Positions 18,285 to 28,868 of a DNA stretch of 64,000 nt are shown piece after piece. Origin of the DNA: Spirochaetia bacterium (GTDB taxonomy: Bacteria; Spirochaetota; Spirochaetia; DSM-2461); the NCBI GenBank assembly GCA_963666985.2, contig CAXXIA010000002.1, forward strand, positions 2,368,001 through 2,432,000, in the 5' to 3' direction. Each line of letters opens with the position of its first letter. Within the stretch, counting starts at the first letter, position 1. The translations under genes were made by a program, and so were the position numbers. Under the pieces are notes generated by a model. It saw nothing but the letters and a program-made list of their open reading frames with translations. It did no database searches and was not told the DNA's origin.

Positions 18285-19880
18285 GTGCCCGATTCTGAAA
18301 ATAACTCAATCCCTTTCTTTTCGGATAATTCGTCCGAACTCCTCTTTGAAGGGAATATAGAACCGCTTCTTGACGGTGTGAATGTCTGGCTCAATGTTTA
18401 TGACCGATACATGAATTTAATCTTTTGGAATTCAACGGCCGAGAAAGTCAGCGGATATGAGCGCCGTGAGGTTCTGGGGAACGATCATATCTGGGAATGG
18501 CTTTATCCCGATAAAGAATATCGGACATACGTAACTCGAAAAGCCGAGTCTCTTTTGGAAGCGGAATCCGAAATGGACCGATTCGAAACGGAAATCTTAT
18601 GCAAGAACGGCACCGGCAAGACGATTTCCTGGAGTTCCCGAACACTATTGGATAACAAAGGAAGCATTTGCGGCGCCATCACGTTCGGCCGGGACGTCAC
18701 CGATCGGAACCGGGCGGAAGCCGCCCTTCATAAAGCTCATGAAGAACTTTCCGTACTCTATAATATCGCTTCGGTAACCAGCGGCGCCATGGATCTGAAT
18801 ATTATTCTGGATCGGTCTTTGGAACATGTTTTACCCGTGCTGGAGTCGGATAAAGGGATTATTCATCTTAAGAATGAGGTTTCGGGCCGACTTCAGGTGG
18901 CGGCTTATCGGGGTCTTGACGAATCTTCCGTTTCGGAGCTTGTCGCTTTTTCCTCCGATGCCGGGATTTTTCGGAAGGTTTACGATACGCAAACACCGTT
19001 TGCTTTACCGAATATTACGGAACTTTTCGATGACGGCCCCACAAATCTTCCCAGTAAGCTTTTTAACGCCTATTTAGGGGTGCCGATGAGAGCCCGGGGG
19101 AAACTTCTCGGTGTTTTCAGTATTCTGGGCAAGGCCGGGCGCCGCTTTTCCGAAGATGAAATAACCATGGTGGCTTCCATCGCGGATCAGATAGGAACTG
19201 CCGTGGAAAATGCCCGGCTGTACGAACAAGCGCGCGCGCTTGCCGTTTCGGAAGAACGGCGCCGGCTGGCCCGAGATCTTCATGACGCCGTAACGCAATC
19301 TCTCTACAGTCTGACTCTTTTCGCGGAAGCGGGACATCGCTCCTTGAAAAACGGTGATTTGAAGAATACGGATCGTTACCTGGCGGAATTGGGTACTTCG
19401 GCGCAGGATGCTCTGAAGGAAATGCGCCTTTTGCTCCATGAACTTCGTCCGCTTCAAATTGAAACCGAGGGACTTGCCGAAGCGATCCAGCACCGGTTGG
19501 ATTCGGTGGAAGGCCGTTTGGGAATATCCGCCAGACTGGAAAACGATACCGTCGGTGAGTTCCCTCCCGAAACGGAAGGAATGCTGTACCGGATTGTACA
19601 AGAAGCGCTGAACAACGCCCTTCGTCATGCTTCGGCGAAGAACGTAACGGTGAAAATCGAGGATGGCGGTGGAGCGGTCGTCGTGACGGTTCGGGATAAC
19701 GGTATCGGATTCAATCTTAATCGGGCTTACAGTCAGGGCGGAATGGGGCTGGAAAGCATGTCCGAAAGAGCCGCATCGATCGGAGCCGCGTTTCATATTG
19801 AAACGTCACCCGGCCGAGGAACACTCGTAACCATATCGGTGCCCGCTGAAAAGAACGGCAAAGGAGAAGCGCGTGTCTGA
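18285..19880 (+). CDS. soluble PAS-GAF sensor histidine kinase (HisKA_3, NarX/LiaS-like)
   Basis: PAS (WN..AE...GY...EV.G, RDVT), GAF, EERRRLARDLHDAVTQ, QEALNNA..HA, DNGIGF, G.GL; no TM. Confidence 0.93.
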   Translation: MPDSENNSIPFFSDNSSELLFEGNIEPLLDGVNVWLNVYDRYMNLIFWNSTAEKVSGYERREVLGNDHIWEWLYPDKEYRTYVTRKAESLLEAESEMDRFETEILCKNGTGKTISWSSRTLLDNKGSICGAITFGRDVTDRNRAEAALHKAHEELSVLYNIASVTSGAMDLNIILDRSLEHVLPVLESDKGIIHLKNEVSGRLQVAAYRGLDESSVSELVAFSSDAGIFRKVYDTQTPFALPNITELFDDGPTNLPSKLFNAYLGVPMRARGKLLGVFSILGKAGRRFSEDEITMVASIADQIGTAVENARLYEQARALAVSEERRRLARDLHDAVTQSLYSLTLFAEAGHRSLKNGDLKNTDRYLAELGTSAQDALKEMRLLLHELRPLQIETEGLAEAIQHRLDSVEGRLGISARLENDTVGEFPPETEGMLYRIVQEALNNALRHASAKNVTVKIEDGGGAVVVTVRDNGIGFNLNRAYSQGGMGLESMSERAASIGAAFHIETSPGRGTLVTISVPAEKNGKGEARV

Positions 19881-20541
19881 CCGGATCCGTATTCTTGTGG
19901 CCGACGATCATGCCGTTGTGAGAAAAGGCCTGCAGGCATTAATCGGCACAGAAGATGGGATGACGATTATCGGCGAGGCCGAAAACGGCAGAGACGCCGT
20001 CTCTTTGGCCATGGAGCTGAAACCGGATGTTGTTCTGCTGGATTTAAAGATGCCTTTTTTAAGCGGCGTGGAGGTAATCCGAAAAATCAGGGACGCCGGT
20101 CTGCCGTCCAAGATTCTGATTCTTTCCAGTTTCGCCGACGACGACTCGGTTCTTCCGGCCATAAAGGCGGGAGCGCTGGGATATCTGCTCAAGGATTCTT
20201 CTCCCGGCGATCTTATCGCGGCGATTCGAACGGTCGGACGCGGAGAATCTTCATTGGCTCCCTCCATAGCTTTGAAGCTCGTCAGGGAGGTTCGGGACCC
20301 TCAAGGGGGCGCCTCCCAGGCCGAGAGTCTTACCGATCGTGAGCTGGATGTGCTGGAGCGAATGGCCCGCGGACTGACCAATCAGGAAATCGCCGCCGAT
20401 TTGGAGATTGCCGAAAGAACCGTTCGCAACCATGTCGGGCATATTCTCGATAAGCTCGGTTTAACCAACCGGACACAGGCCGCGGTTTATGCTCTACGGC
20501 AAGGCATTGCCGTTTTGGATGATAAGAAAACGTCCGATTAA
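19873..20541 (+). CDS. NarL/LuxR-family response regulator
   Basis: ADDH.VVR.G, DVVLLDLKMP, GYLLKD, LT.RE..VL...A.G.TN.EIA. Confidence 0.95.
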   Translation: MSDRIRILVADDHAVVRKGLQALIGTEDGMTIIGEAENGRDAVSLAMELKPDVVLLDLKMPFLSGVEVIRKIRDAGLPSKILILSSFADDDSVLPAIKAGALGYLLKDSSPGDLIAAIRTVGRGESSLAPSIALKLVREVRDPQGGASQAESLTDRELDVLERMARGLTNQEIAADLEIAERTVRNHVGHILDKLGLTNRTQAAVYALRQGIAVLDDKKTSD

Positions 20542-20695
20542 TGCGCTGTTTCCTACACTAATGTCGCCGAATGAGTCATTCGTACCGGGTTGATTAGACC
20601 TTTTGCTTCATTTTTCTCCATTTCACCGTATTCCCTTCGGCCGATTTCGGTTCTTCCGCGTGCTTTTACAATCGAGTAAAAAAGGAAGCAATGCC

Positions 20696-22333
20696 ATGAA
20701 AAAGTCTCTCGCCGGTATTTTGGTCGGAATCAGCTTTGTCGCCCTTCTCGGGTTTGGTCTGACAGGCTGCAGCAAGTCGGAACCCGAAAAAGCCGTTCGG
20801 GCACCCGCCGAATCGGAAGAATCTTCCCTTTTGCGGGTTTCTTTCGCCTGGCCAACCTATATCGATCCGGCTGTAGGAAATGATAATTCCAGCTCCTCGG
20901 CCATGGTAAACCTCTACGATACCCTTGTTTTCCCTTTGGCCGACGGAACGGTTAAGTCCTGGCTGGCTGAAAGCTGGGAGGTCTCCGACGACGGACTGGT
21001 CTGGGATTTTATTCTTCGGAAAGGCGTGAAATTTCATGACGGTTCCGAGCTGACGGCCGATGATGTCGTTTATTCGTTCGAACGGCTTACAACGATCGGC
21101 GAAGGATACGGATATCTTTTCGGCGGTGTATCCAAAGCCGAGGCGATCGATGATTATACGGTTCGTTTCACTCTCGGCGAAGCGAACGGTCTGTTTCTTC
21201 CCAGTTTGGTTCGCCTCTATGTTTTGAACAAGGATGTTGTGGAAGCCCATCTTGCATCGGAAGGCGCTTACGGCGACAAGGGCGATTATGGTAAGGAATT
21301 CCTTCTTACCGCCGATGCCGGCTGTGGCCCCTATAAGGTTTCGGAGTTTCGCCTTGAGGAAGAGCTGGTAATGACGAGGTTCGCCGATTGGTGGGGTCAT
21401 TTTAATCCCAAGGCGCCCGAAGAGGTTCGCTTCCTTGCCGTAACGGAGGCCGCGACGATTCGAACGCTGATGAGCAACGCCGAGCTCGAAATCAGTGATC
21501 AGTGGCAGTCGGTGGACGCTTTTGAAAATCTTCAAAAGCTCGACGATGTGAGCGTGGCCGCTCTGCCGACATTCATGGAACTGTATTTGATGATGAATAC
21601 GAAAGCGGCTCCTCTGGACGATCTTGCGGTTCGGGAAGCCATCTCTTATGCCTTCGATTACGATACGGCCGTTTCTCTGGAATGGCCGGGAACCAAGAAG
21701 TCCGTGGGACCGGTACCTCAAGCCCTCGGCGGACACAATCCGAATGTCAAAACCTATGATTATAATGTGGAAAAGGCCAAAGCCGCCCTGGCAAGAAGCA
21801 AGTATGCCGGGAATATCAGCGATTACACCATTGAAATCCACTGGATTTCCGAAGTTCCCGATGAAGAGAAGTTCGCTCTGCTCTTCCAGGCCAACATGGC
21901 CGCGATCGGTCTTGATGTCGAAGTGGTTTCTTCTCCGTGGCTGAGTGTTGTGGAAAATACCGCGGCTCCCGAAACCAGCCCCGATTTGGTTATGATTTAC
22001 ATTCCTTCCGACATGCCGGAAGTCGGCCCGCTTCTCAAGCTGAGATATCATTCCTCCACGGCACCCACGTGGTCGCAGAACGAATGGCTGCTGGATCCGG
22101 AGCTCGACGCCGCGATGGATAAGGCCCTGGCGACGATCGATGTTGAAGAACGTTTCGCCAAATATGCCGATATCCAGGAAGATATCGCGGCCCGGGCATC
22201 GGCCCTCTATTTATATGATGCGGTTGAGAAGCATGCGTATCAGGATTATGTGGACTGGCCCGCCGCCAAGGGCAAAGCCAGCCCGCTGACCGGTTATTAC
22301 ATTTACGCGGCCGACATCGGTATCGATAAGTAA
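20696..22333 (+). CDS. ABC transporter substrate-binding lipoprotein (family 5, peptide/nickel)
   Basis: Lipobox LTGC; LAESWEVSDDG..W.F.LRKGVKFHDG..LTADDV.YSF. Confidence 0.93.
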   Translation: MKKSLAGILVGISFVALLGFGLTGCSKSEPEKAVRAPAESEESSLLRVSFAWPTYIDPAVGNDNSSSSAMVNLYDTLVFPLADGTVKSWLAESWEVSDDGLVWDFILRKGVKFHDGSELTADDVVYSFERLTTIGEGYGYLFGGVSKAEAIDDYTVRFTLGEANGLFLPSLVRLYVLNKDVVEAHLASEGAYGDKGDYGKEFLLTADAGCGPYKVSEFRLEEELVMTRFADWWGHFNPKAPEEVRFLAVTEAATIRTLMSNAELEISDQWQSVDAFENLQKLDDVSVAALPTFMELYLMMNTKAAPLDDLAVREAISYAFDYDTAVSLEWPGTKKSVGPVPQALGGHNPNVKTYDYNVEKAKAALARSKYAGNISDYTIEIHWISEVPDEEKFALLFQANMAAIGLDVEVVSSPWLSVVENTAAPETSPDLVMIYIPSDMPEVGPLLKLRYHSSTAPTWSQNEWLLDPELDAAMDKALATIDVEERFAKYADIQEDIAARASALYLYDAVEKHAYQDYVDWPAAKGKASPLTGYYIYAADIGIDK

Positions 22334-22450
22334 GAAATATACGGCTTCCGGCCGCCTTTCGGGTGAGCCGGCGGTCCGTTTTTCATGAACGCGGCCCGGT
22401 CTTTTGGTCCAGGCCGCATATTTTTTGTAACGGCGGCGGAAGCAGCAGTA

Positions 22451-23476
22451 ATGAATTATGTAACGTTTGTCCTGAAGAGGGCGTTTCATGCGGTCTTTGT
22501 CCTTTTGGGATTGTCTCTGATTATCTTCACGGTTTCCCGAATCATGCCCGGCGATCCGGTTCGTCTTGCCGTAGGTTCCCGTGCTCCCCAATGGGTTGTG
22601 GACAACATGAGGGAGCAGATGCATCTGAACGAATCGATACCGGTTCAATACGGCCATTGGTTCATCGATGCCCTGCGCGGTGATTTCGGCGTTTCCCTGG
22701 TTACGCGCCGGGGGGTGGCCAAGGATATCCATGAGTTTTTTCCGGCGACGCTGGAACTGGCGCTGTTTTCCGCGGTTATCTCGCTTGTCGGCGCGCTGAT
22801 TCTGGGATCTTTGTCCGCCCGCTACAAAGACACCTGGGTGGACAACGCCATCAGGGTTTGGTCGTATCTCGGGATTGTAACGCCCTCTTTTGTCTTCGCG
22901 ATTCTGTTTGTTCTGATCTTTGCTTTCTGGCTGAACTGGTTTCCGACCATAGGCCGAATTGACAGGGCTTTTGACATTGCCCGGATAACGGGTTTTATGA
23001 CGATTGACTCCCTGCTTGCCGGAAATCTCAGGGCGTTTTGGGATGCCGTAGTGCACCTTATCCTGCCGGCCTGCGCCATCGCCATGGGACCTCTTGCCCA
23101 GGAAGCCCGCATTACCCGCTCTTCCATGGCGGATAATCTGGCAAAAGATTATATCGCAAGCGCCCGAGCCCTTGGTGTTTCGGAGCGAAGAATTATGAGC
23201 CGCTATCTTTTAAAGCCCTCGCTGATTCCGACGGTTTCCATATTCGGTCTTGATTTCGCGGCGGGGCTTGGGAACGCCTTCCTCGTGGAACTGATCTTCA
23301 ACTGGCCCGGTTTATCCCGGTATGGAATGAGCGCCATGCTTTCCAAGGACTTAAACGCGATTTCCGGAGTTATCCTGACCTTCGGAGTCGTCTTTGTTGT
23401 TGTGAATGTGATTGTTGATCTGATTGTCGCTCAGCTCGATCCCCGCATCCGCCTGAGAGCGGCGAAAGGTTCCTGA
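22451..23476 (+). CDS. ABC permease (DppB/OppB-like)
   Basis: PGDP, GDFG.S, PATLEL, HLILPA, ARA.G.S, LDPRIR. Confidence 0.93.
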   Translation: MNYVTFVLKRAFHAVFVLLGLSLIIFTVSRIMPGDPVRLAVGSRAPQWVVDNMREQMHLNESIPVQYGHWFIDALRGDFGVSLVTRRGVAKDIHEFFPATLELALFSAVISLVGALILGSLSARYKDTWVDNAIRVWSYLGIVTPSFVFAILFVLIFAFWLNWFPTIGRIDRAFDIARITGFMTIDSLLAGNLRAFWDAVVHLILPACAIAMGPLAQEARITRSSMADNLAKDYIASARALGVSERRIMSRYLLKPSLIPTVSIFGLDFAAGLGNAFLVELIFNWPGLSRYGMSAMLSKDLNAISGVILTFGVVFVVVNVIVDLIVAQLDPRIRLRAAKGS

Positions 23477-23478
23477 AC

Positions 23479-24405
23479 ATGAAACGAAGAGATCTCGATT
23501 CCTATAAAGATTTAAACGATCCTGTTCAGCTCGCCGGATTGAAGAGAGACAGCCGAAGGGAAAACAGGGCGAGAAACTGGTATAAATTCACCCGGAATCC
23601 TTTATCCATGGTGGGACTTATTACGGTTCTCACGATCGTTGTTCTGGCGGTTTTCGCGCCGTTTATCGCTCCTTACCCCGAGCATGTGAAGCCCTTTACG
23701 GATTTCAAAAACGCCAGTCGGCCGCCCAGTGCCGAGCATTGGTTCGGTACCGACGAGATCGGCCGGGATATCTTGAGCCGCGTAATTTTCGGATTTCGAT
23801 TCTCACTGATGATGGGATTGGTCGTGCTGGTTATCGTTGTTCCCATAGGCGTGCTCCTGGGGCTTCTTGCCGGATATTACCAGAACAGCTGGGTGGACAG
23901 TCTGATTATGCGGACGACCGATGTCTTTTTGGCCGTTCCTCCGCTGATTCTCGCTTTGGCGATCGCCTCCATTCTTCAGCCGAATCTTTTCAACGCCATG
24001 CTGGCGGTTTGTTTAACGTGGTGGCCCTGGTATACGCGTCTTGTTTACGGTGTGACAAGCGGTTTGCGAAATGAGTTTTTCGTTACCTCCGCGGAAGTCA
24101 CCGGTGCGCGGCTTCCGCACATTCTGTTCAGGGAAATCCTGCCGAACTGCGTGTCTCCGATTTTTACGAAAATGAGTTTGGATATGGGCTGGGTGATTAT
24201 TCTCGGCGCGTCATTAAGTTTCGTCGGCCTGGGAGTTCAGCCGCCCCGTCCCGGTTTGGGAACGATGGTTTCGGGCGGAACCCGCTATCTTCCCGACCAG
24301 TGGTGGATTTCCGTATTTCCGGCGTTGGCCATTGTGGTTCTGGTTTTGGGTTTCAACCTGCTCGGCGACGGATTGCGGGACCTCTTCGCGGCGGAGGATT
24401 CATAA
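23479..24405 (+). CDS. ABC permease (DppC/OppC-like)
   Basis: HWFGTD..GRDI.SR, EILPN, LSF.GLG..PP, FNLLGDGLRD. Confidence 0.93.
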   Translation: MKRRDLDSYKDLNDPVQLAGLKRDSRRENRARNWYKFTRNPLSMVGLITVLTIVVLAVFAPFIAPYPEHVKPFTDFKNASRPPSAEHWFGTDEIGRDILSRVIFGFRFSLMMGLVVLVIVVPIGVLLGLLAGYYQNSWVDSLIMRTTDVFLAVPPLILALAIASILQPNLFNAMLAVCLTWWPWYTRLVYGVTSGLRNEFFVTSAEVTGARLPHILFREILPNCVSPIFTKMSLDMGWVIILGASLSFVGLGVQPPRPGLGTMVSGGTRYLPDQWWISVFPALAIVVLVLGFNLLGDGLRDLFAAEDS

Positions 24406-24407
24406 CG

Positions 24408-25487
24408 ATGAGCGATGCACCTTTGCTGGACATCCGGAATCTGGAAGTGGATTACCGGGTTTTCGGCGGTACCCTTCATGTCCTGGACGGAATTGATATC
24501 CGGGTGAAACCCGGTGAGAAAATCGGTCTTGTCGGTGAAACCGGCTGCGGGAAAACAACGGCGATGAAGTCCTCCTTGGGTGTTCTTCCCAGTCCTCCCG
24601 GACTGATTTCCGGAGGTGAGATTCTTTATCGGGGGAAGAATGTCCTCAATTACGGACAGAAGAAAATGAATTCCATCCGCGGCCGTGAGATGACGATGAT
24701 TTTTCAGGATCCCATGGCCGCGCTGAATCCGGTGTTTACCGTCGGACGGCAGTTCGAACCGGTTCTTCGCCATGCCGCCGGGAGACGGTTGAGCGGCAGT
24801 GAAGTCCGCGAGATGTCGATCGCCGCTCTGAAAAACGTCGCCCTGGCAGATCCGGAACGTCTTTTAGATTCTTATCCGACGCAGCTGAGCGGAGGCATGC
24901 GCCAGCGGGTCTGCATCGGCATGGCGCTTTCCACGAATCCGAAACTTCTGATAGCCGATGAGCCCGGAACGGCCCTTGATGTCACCATTCAGGCTCAGGT
25001 GCTTTCCCTGCTGAACGGTCTTGTAGACGATTTAAATACGGCGATTATCCTCATCACCCATTCGCTTGGCGTTGTTCGGGAAATGACGGACCGTGTGTAT
25101 GTGATGTACGCCGGGGTGATCGTGGAGACGGCTCCGGTTCGAGATTTGTTTTCAAATCCGCGTCATCCCTATACGCGGGGACTGATGGAATCGGTTCCCA
25201 AGCTTTCCGGCGGAGGGCTTTCCAGCGCCATTATGGGGCGAATCCCCGATTACATGCATCCTCCCGGCGGATGCCGGTTCCACCCGCGCTGTCCGAACGC
25301 AACCGAAGAATGCCGGCATCTCAAACCGGCTTTAACAACCGTTGGGACCGATCATGAAGTGGCCTGCCATTTGTACGGCGGAGAAAAAAACCGCGCGGAA
25401 TCATCAGGTAAGAGCGCTCCGAACGGCGCTTCGAAAGAATCTCCCGCCGGCGGGGAAAGAACTCAAGGAAGGAACCTCCATGCCTGA
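24408..25487 (+). CDS. ABC ATPase (DppD/OppD-like)
   Basis: GETGCGKT, LSGGMRQR, ADEP, HPYT, GCRFHPRC. Confidence 0.93.
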   Translation: MSDAPLLDIRNLEVDYRVFGGTLHVLDGIDIRVKPGEKIGLVGETGCGKTTAMKSSLGVLPSPPGLISGGEILYRGKNVLNYGQKKMNSIRGREMTMIFQDPMAALNPVFTVGRQFEPVLRHAAGRRLSGSEVREMSIAALKNVALADPERLLDSYPTQLSGGMRQRVCIGMALSTNPKLLIADEPGTALDVTIQAQVLSLLNGLVDDLNTAIILITHSLGVVREMTDRVYVMYAGVIVETAPVRDLFSNPRHPYTRGLMESVPKLSGGGLSSAIMGRIPDYMHPPGGCRFHPRCPNATEECRHLKPALTTVGTDHEVACHLYGGEKNRAESSGKSAPNGASKESPAGGERTQGRNLHA

Positions 25488-26463
25488 GATCATCTTAACC
25501 GCGAAGGGCCTGAAAAAACATTTTGTCATCGGCCATGAGGATTTAAGGCGGAAGAAGCCGATTACCGTGAAAGCCGTCGACGGCGTGGATTTCGACCTTG
25601 TGAAGGGAGAAACGTTCGGACTGGTGGGAGAATCCGGATCAGGGAAAAGCACCATAGCCTACATGGTCGCCGGAATGTACGCTCCCAGCGGAGGCGAGCT
25701 GATCTATAAAGGGAAATCCCTTTTTGACGGGAAGAAAGAACGGCCGCTGGATTTTAAAAAGGATATTCAGATTGTTTTTCAGGATCCAGGATCGTCTTTG
25801 AATCCCAGGCGCACGATTGCGCAGAATCTGGCGGTTCCCCTGCAAATCCACAGACCCGAATGCGATATCACGCGGGAAACCATCAGACTGCTGGAGCTGG
25901 TGGATCTTCCGCAGAGTTATCTCTTCCGGTATCCGAATTCTTTAAGCGGCGGGGAAAAGCAAATTGTGGCGGTGGCCCGTGCTTTGGCGACCGATCCGTC
26001 GCTGATTATCCTGGATGAGCCCACCTCGGCTCTGGATGTTTCGGTGCAGGGGAAAATCATCAATCTGTTGATGCGTCTCCAGAAGGAATTGGATTTAACC
26101 TATCTTTTCATCACTCATGATTTGAGCCTGATGCGGAATATCGCCACACGCGTGGCCATTATGTATTTGGGCAAAATGAGTGAAATCGCTCCCGGAGGGG
26201 AATTTTTTTCCCATCCGCGGCATCCCTATACGCGGATGCTTCTTTCGGCCATTCCCGTGGTTTCCGAGGAAGAAGAAAAGCTCAAACCGGAGAAAGCCGT
26301 TTCCAGAGGCGAGATACCGAGTCCGGTGAACCTTCCCGTGGGATGCGGCTTCAATACCCGGTGCCTCCAGGCGGCGGACGTCTGTTTCCGGGACGATCCG
26401 AAAATGAAAATCATACGCCCCGATCATTTGGCCCGCTGTCATCTGCTCGAGGAAAGGAGTTGA
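25480..26463 (+). CDS. ABC ATPase (DppF/OppF-like)
   Basis: GESGSGKS, LSGGEKQ, DEPTSALDVSVQ, HPYT, GC.F.TRC. Confidence 0.93.
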   Translation: MPEIILTAKGLKKHFVIGHEDLRRKKPITVKAVDGVDFDLVKGETFGLVGESGSGKSTIAYMVAGMYAPSGGELIYKGKSLFDGKKERPLDFKKDIQIVFQDPGSSLNPRRTIAQNLAVPLQIHRPECDITRETIRLLELVDLPQSYLFRYPNSLSGGEKQIVAVARALATDPSLIILDEPTSALDVSVQGKIINLLMRLQKELDLTYLFITHDLSLMRNIATRVAIMYLGKMSEIAPGGEFFSHPRHPYTRMLLSAIPVVSEEEEKLKPEKAVSRGEIPSPVNLPVGCGFNTRCLQAADVCFRDDPKMKIIRPDHLARCHLLEERS

Positions 26464-26465
26464 TC

Positions 26466-26804
26466 ATGGTACGACTGACGGTCCTGTATAATCTGCAGCC
26501 CTATGTCGACGAAAAGGAATTTCTCGAATGGAGGCTCAACGATCATCAGGAAGAGAATATGGATACCCCCGGTGTGATTCGATCGGACTTCACACGGCTT
26601 GACGATGTATTCCCCCAAGACGCTTCCAGACCTTACCGGTTTCTCACCACGGCCGACTGGCCCGATATGGAGAGTTTTGAGAAAGCGTTTTATAACCCCG
26701 ACTACCAGGTTCGGCTCAAAGAGAATTTGAAGCTTCTGAAAGATCCTGTGTTTCTGGTAGGCGAAGTTCTCGCACAGGAAAGTAATTCGCAGGAGGCGGA
26801 ATAA
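26466..26804 (+). CDS. EthD-like (dimeric alpha/beta barrel) protein
   Basis: 112 aa; V.Y....E.F..W...H.....PG ... W.D.E.F..AF pattern; tightly coupled to neighbours. Confidence 0.65.
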   Translation: MVRLTVLYNLQPYVDEKEFLEWRLNDHQEENMDTPGVIRSDFTRLDDVFPQDASRPYRFLTTADWPDMESFEKAFYNPDYQVRLKENLKLLKDPVFLVGEVLAQESNSQEAE

Positions 26805-28867
26805 TGACGCGTGTTGCAACGGATATCGGCGGAACGTTCACCGACCTTGTTTATGTTAAAGAGGACGGAACCGTCGGAATCGCCAAAAGTCATACAACAC
26901 CCAAACAGTTCGAACAGGGTGTGATGGATGTTCTTTCCTCGGGGGGTGTTTCTCCCAAGGAATTCGTATCCTTCGTTCACGGTACGACGATTGTCATCAA
27001 TGCCATTACCGAGAAGAAGGGCGTAAAAACCGCATTGATTACAAACGAAGGTTTCCGGGATGTGCTGGAAATCGGACGGGGCAACAGACCTGACTATTTC
27101 AACCTTGAATACGTCAAACCCAAGCCGTTTGTGGAGCGGTATCTTCGCCGCGAGGTTCCGGGACGGATTAACTATAAGGGCGTTGAAACCTCACCGCTGG
27201 ATTTATCCGGACTGCCGTCGATGCTGGAAGAATTTCGGGCCGAGAACGTTCAGGCCATAGCGGTTTGTCTGATTAATTCCTATGCGGACGATACCCATGA
27301 AAAAGCCGTTCTGGAAAAAATCGGCGAACTTTGGCCCGAGGTCGCCGTTGTGGCTTCCCATCAGATTTCCCGGGAATGGCGGGAATATGAGCGGACCAAT
27401 ACCGCGGTTCTTTCCGCCTATGTTCAGCCCATCGCGCATAAATATCTGGACAATCTTACGGGACGTCTTGCTTCCGAAGGAATGAAATGCACTCCGTACA
27501 TCATGCAGTCCAACTGCGGCATCGATACCGTTAAGAACGCCCGGCAGATTCCCATCACGATGGTGGAATCCGGACCGGCCAGCGGCGTTTGGGGCGCCGC
27601 GGTTATGGGCAGGCTTATCGATGAGGAAGATGTGATTGCGCTGGATATCGGCGGCACTACCGCCAAATGCAGTCTGATCAGCGGCGGCCGAGTCACTCTG
27701 AATACCGATTATATGCTGGAGAAAACCGAAACGTTCGCCGGTTATCCGGTTATGGTTCCGGTGGTTGATCTTGTGGAAATCGGTCAGGGCGGCGGTTCCA
27801 TCGCCTGGATTGACGAATTCAATCGTCTTCATGTCGGGCCTCAAAGCGCGGGCGCCGATCCCGGTCCGGTGGCTTACGGCATGGGCGGAACGGCGCCGAC
27901 GACAACCGATGCGAACCTGGCCCTCAAATGCATCAACGCCGATTTCTTCTGCGGCGGTTCGATGACGGCGGACATGAGCGGTGTGAATGCCGCTCTGGAC
28001 GGACTGGCGGAAAAGCTGGGACTCAGCCGGGAAGATACGGCCCGGGGAATCGTCCGGCTGGCCAACAACAACATGGTGAACGCCATCAAACTCATTTCGG
28101 TGAACAAAGGGCACGATCCGAGGGATTTCACTCTTGTCGCCTTCGGCGGCGGCGGCGGCATGCATGCCTGCGCCCTGGCCAAGGAACTGGGAATTAAAAA
28201 GGTTGTTATCCCCAATCTTTCCGGTGTTTTCTCCGCCTGGGGTATGCTTTTAAGCGACCTGCGGCGGGATTACCTTCGAAGCAAGGTGGTGGAATTATCC
28301 GTTGAGGGAGCGGCGGACGTTATCGGCAATGCCTTTTCCGAGATAGAAACCGGCGCGGTTGCCGATTATGCGGCCGAGGATATTGATTCCTCCCGGGTAA
28401 CCTGCACACGGTTCGCCAGGCTTCGCTATCAGAATCAGGAACACTCCACCGAAATAGAGATTCCTTCGGGCAAAATCGATGCATCCATGCTTCCGGACAT
28501 CATTGAGGATTTCCACGCCAAGTACGAGCAGGAATACACCTATCGGCTGGAAGCTCCGGTTGAGCTTGTTACCTACCATATCATCGCCGCCGCATCGGTG
28601 GATAAATTGGAACCGAAAAAAAAGCCCGCGGCTTCAGCCTCATCCGATAAGGCCGTGAAAGGTAAGCGTGAAGTGGATTTCCTCTCCGACGGCATCAGGG
28701 AGGCCGTGATTTACGACGGTTCGAAGATGGAAAGCGGCATGGCGTTCGACGGCCCCGCGGTTATTGAAGAAGCCGAGGCCACGATTGTGATACCTCCCGG
28801 AATGAGCTGCCGGGAGGATGAATACGGGAATTACCAGATTGTTCTGAAACAGGGAGCGGAGGCCTAG
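26804..28867 (+). CDS. hydantoinase/oxoprolinase subunit A (ATP-dependent cyclic amide hydrolase)
   Basis: DIGGTFTD, HGTT, EYER..T, ESGP, DIGGTT, VGP.SAGA.PGP..YG.GG, G.DPR.F.L.AFGG.G. Confidence 0.95.
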   Translation: MTRVATDIGGTFTDLVYVKEDGTVGIAKSHTTPKQFEQGVMDVLSSGGVSPKEFVSFVHGTTIVINAITEKKGVKTALITNEGFRDVLEIGRGNRPDYFNLEYVKPKPFVERYLRREVPGRINYKGVETSPLDLSGLPSMLEEFRAENVQAIAVCLINSYADDTHEKAVLEKIGELWPEVAVVASHQISREWREYERTNTAVLSAYVQPIAHKYLDNLTGRLASEGMKCTPYIMQSNCGIDTVKNARQIPITMVESGPASGVWGAAVMGRLIDEEDVIALDIGGTTAKCSLISGGRVTLNTDYMLEKTETFAGYPVMVPVVDLVEIGQGGGSIAWIDEFNRLHVGPQSAGADPGPVAYGMGGTAPTTTDANLALKCINADFFCGGSMTADMSGVNAALDGLAEKLGLSREDTARGIVRLANNNMVNAIKLISVNKGHDPRDFTLVAFGGGGGMHACALAKELGIKKVVIPNLSGVFSAWGMLLSDLRRDYLRSKVVELSVEGAADVIGNAFSEIETGAVADYAAEDIDSSRVTCTRFARLRYQNQEHSTEIEIPSGKIDASMLPDIIEDFHAKYEQEYTYRLEAPVELVTYHIIAAASVDKLEPKKKPAASASSDKAVKGKREVDFLSDGIREAVIYDGSKMESGMAFDGPAVIEEAEATIVIPPGMSCREDEYGNYQIVLKQGAEA

Positions 28868-28868
28868 C

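Noticed and set aside
20570..20610. Possible NarL-type RR sites upstream of the ABC binding protein gene
   Set aside because: Repeats (ATGAGTCATTCG / ATTAGACCTTTT) are too degenerate to support
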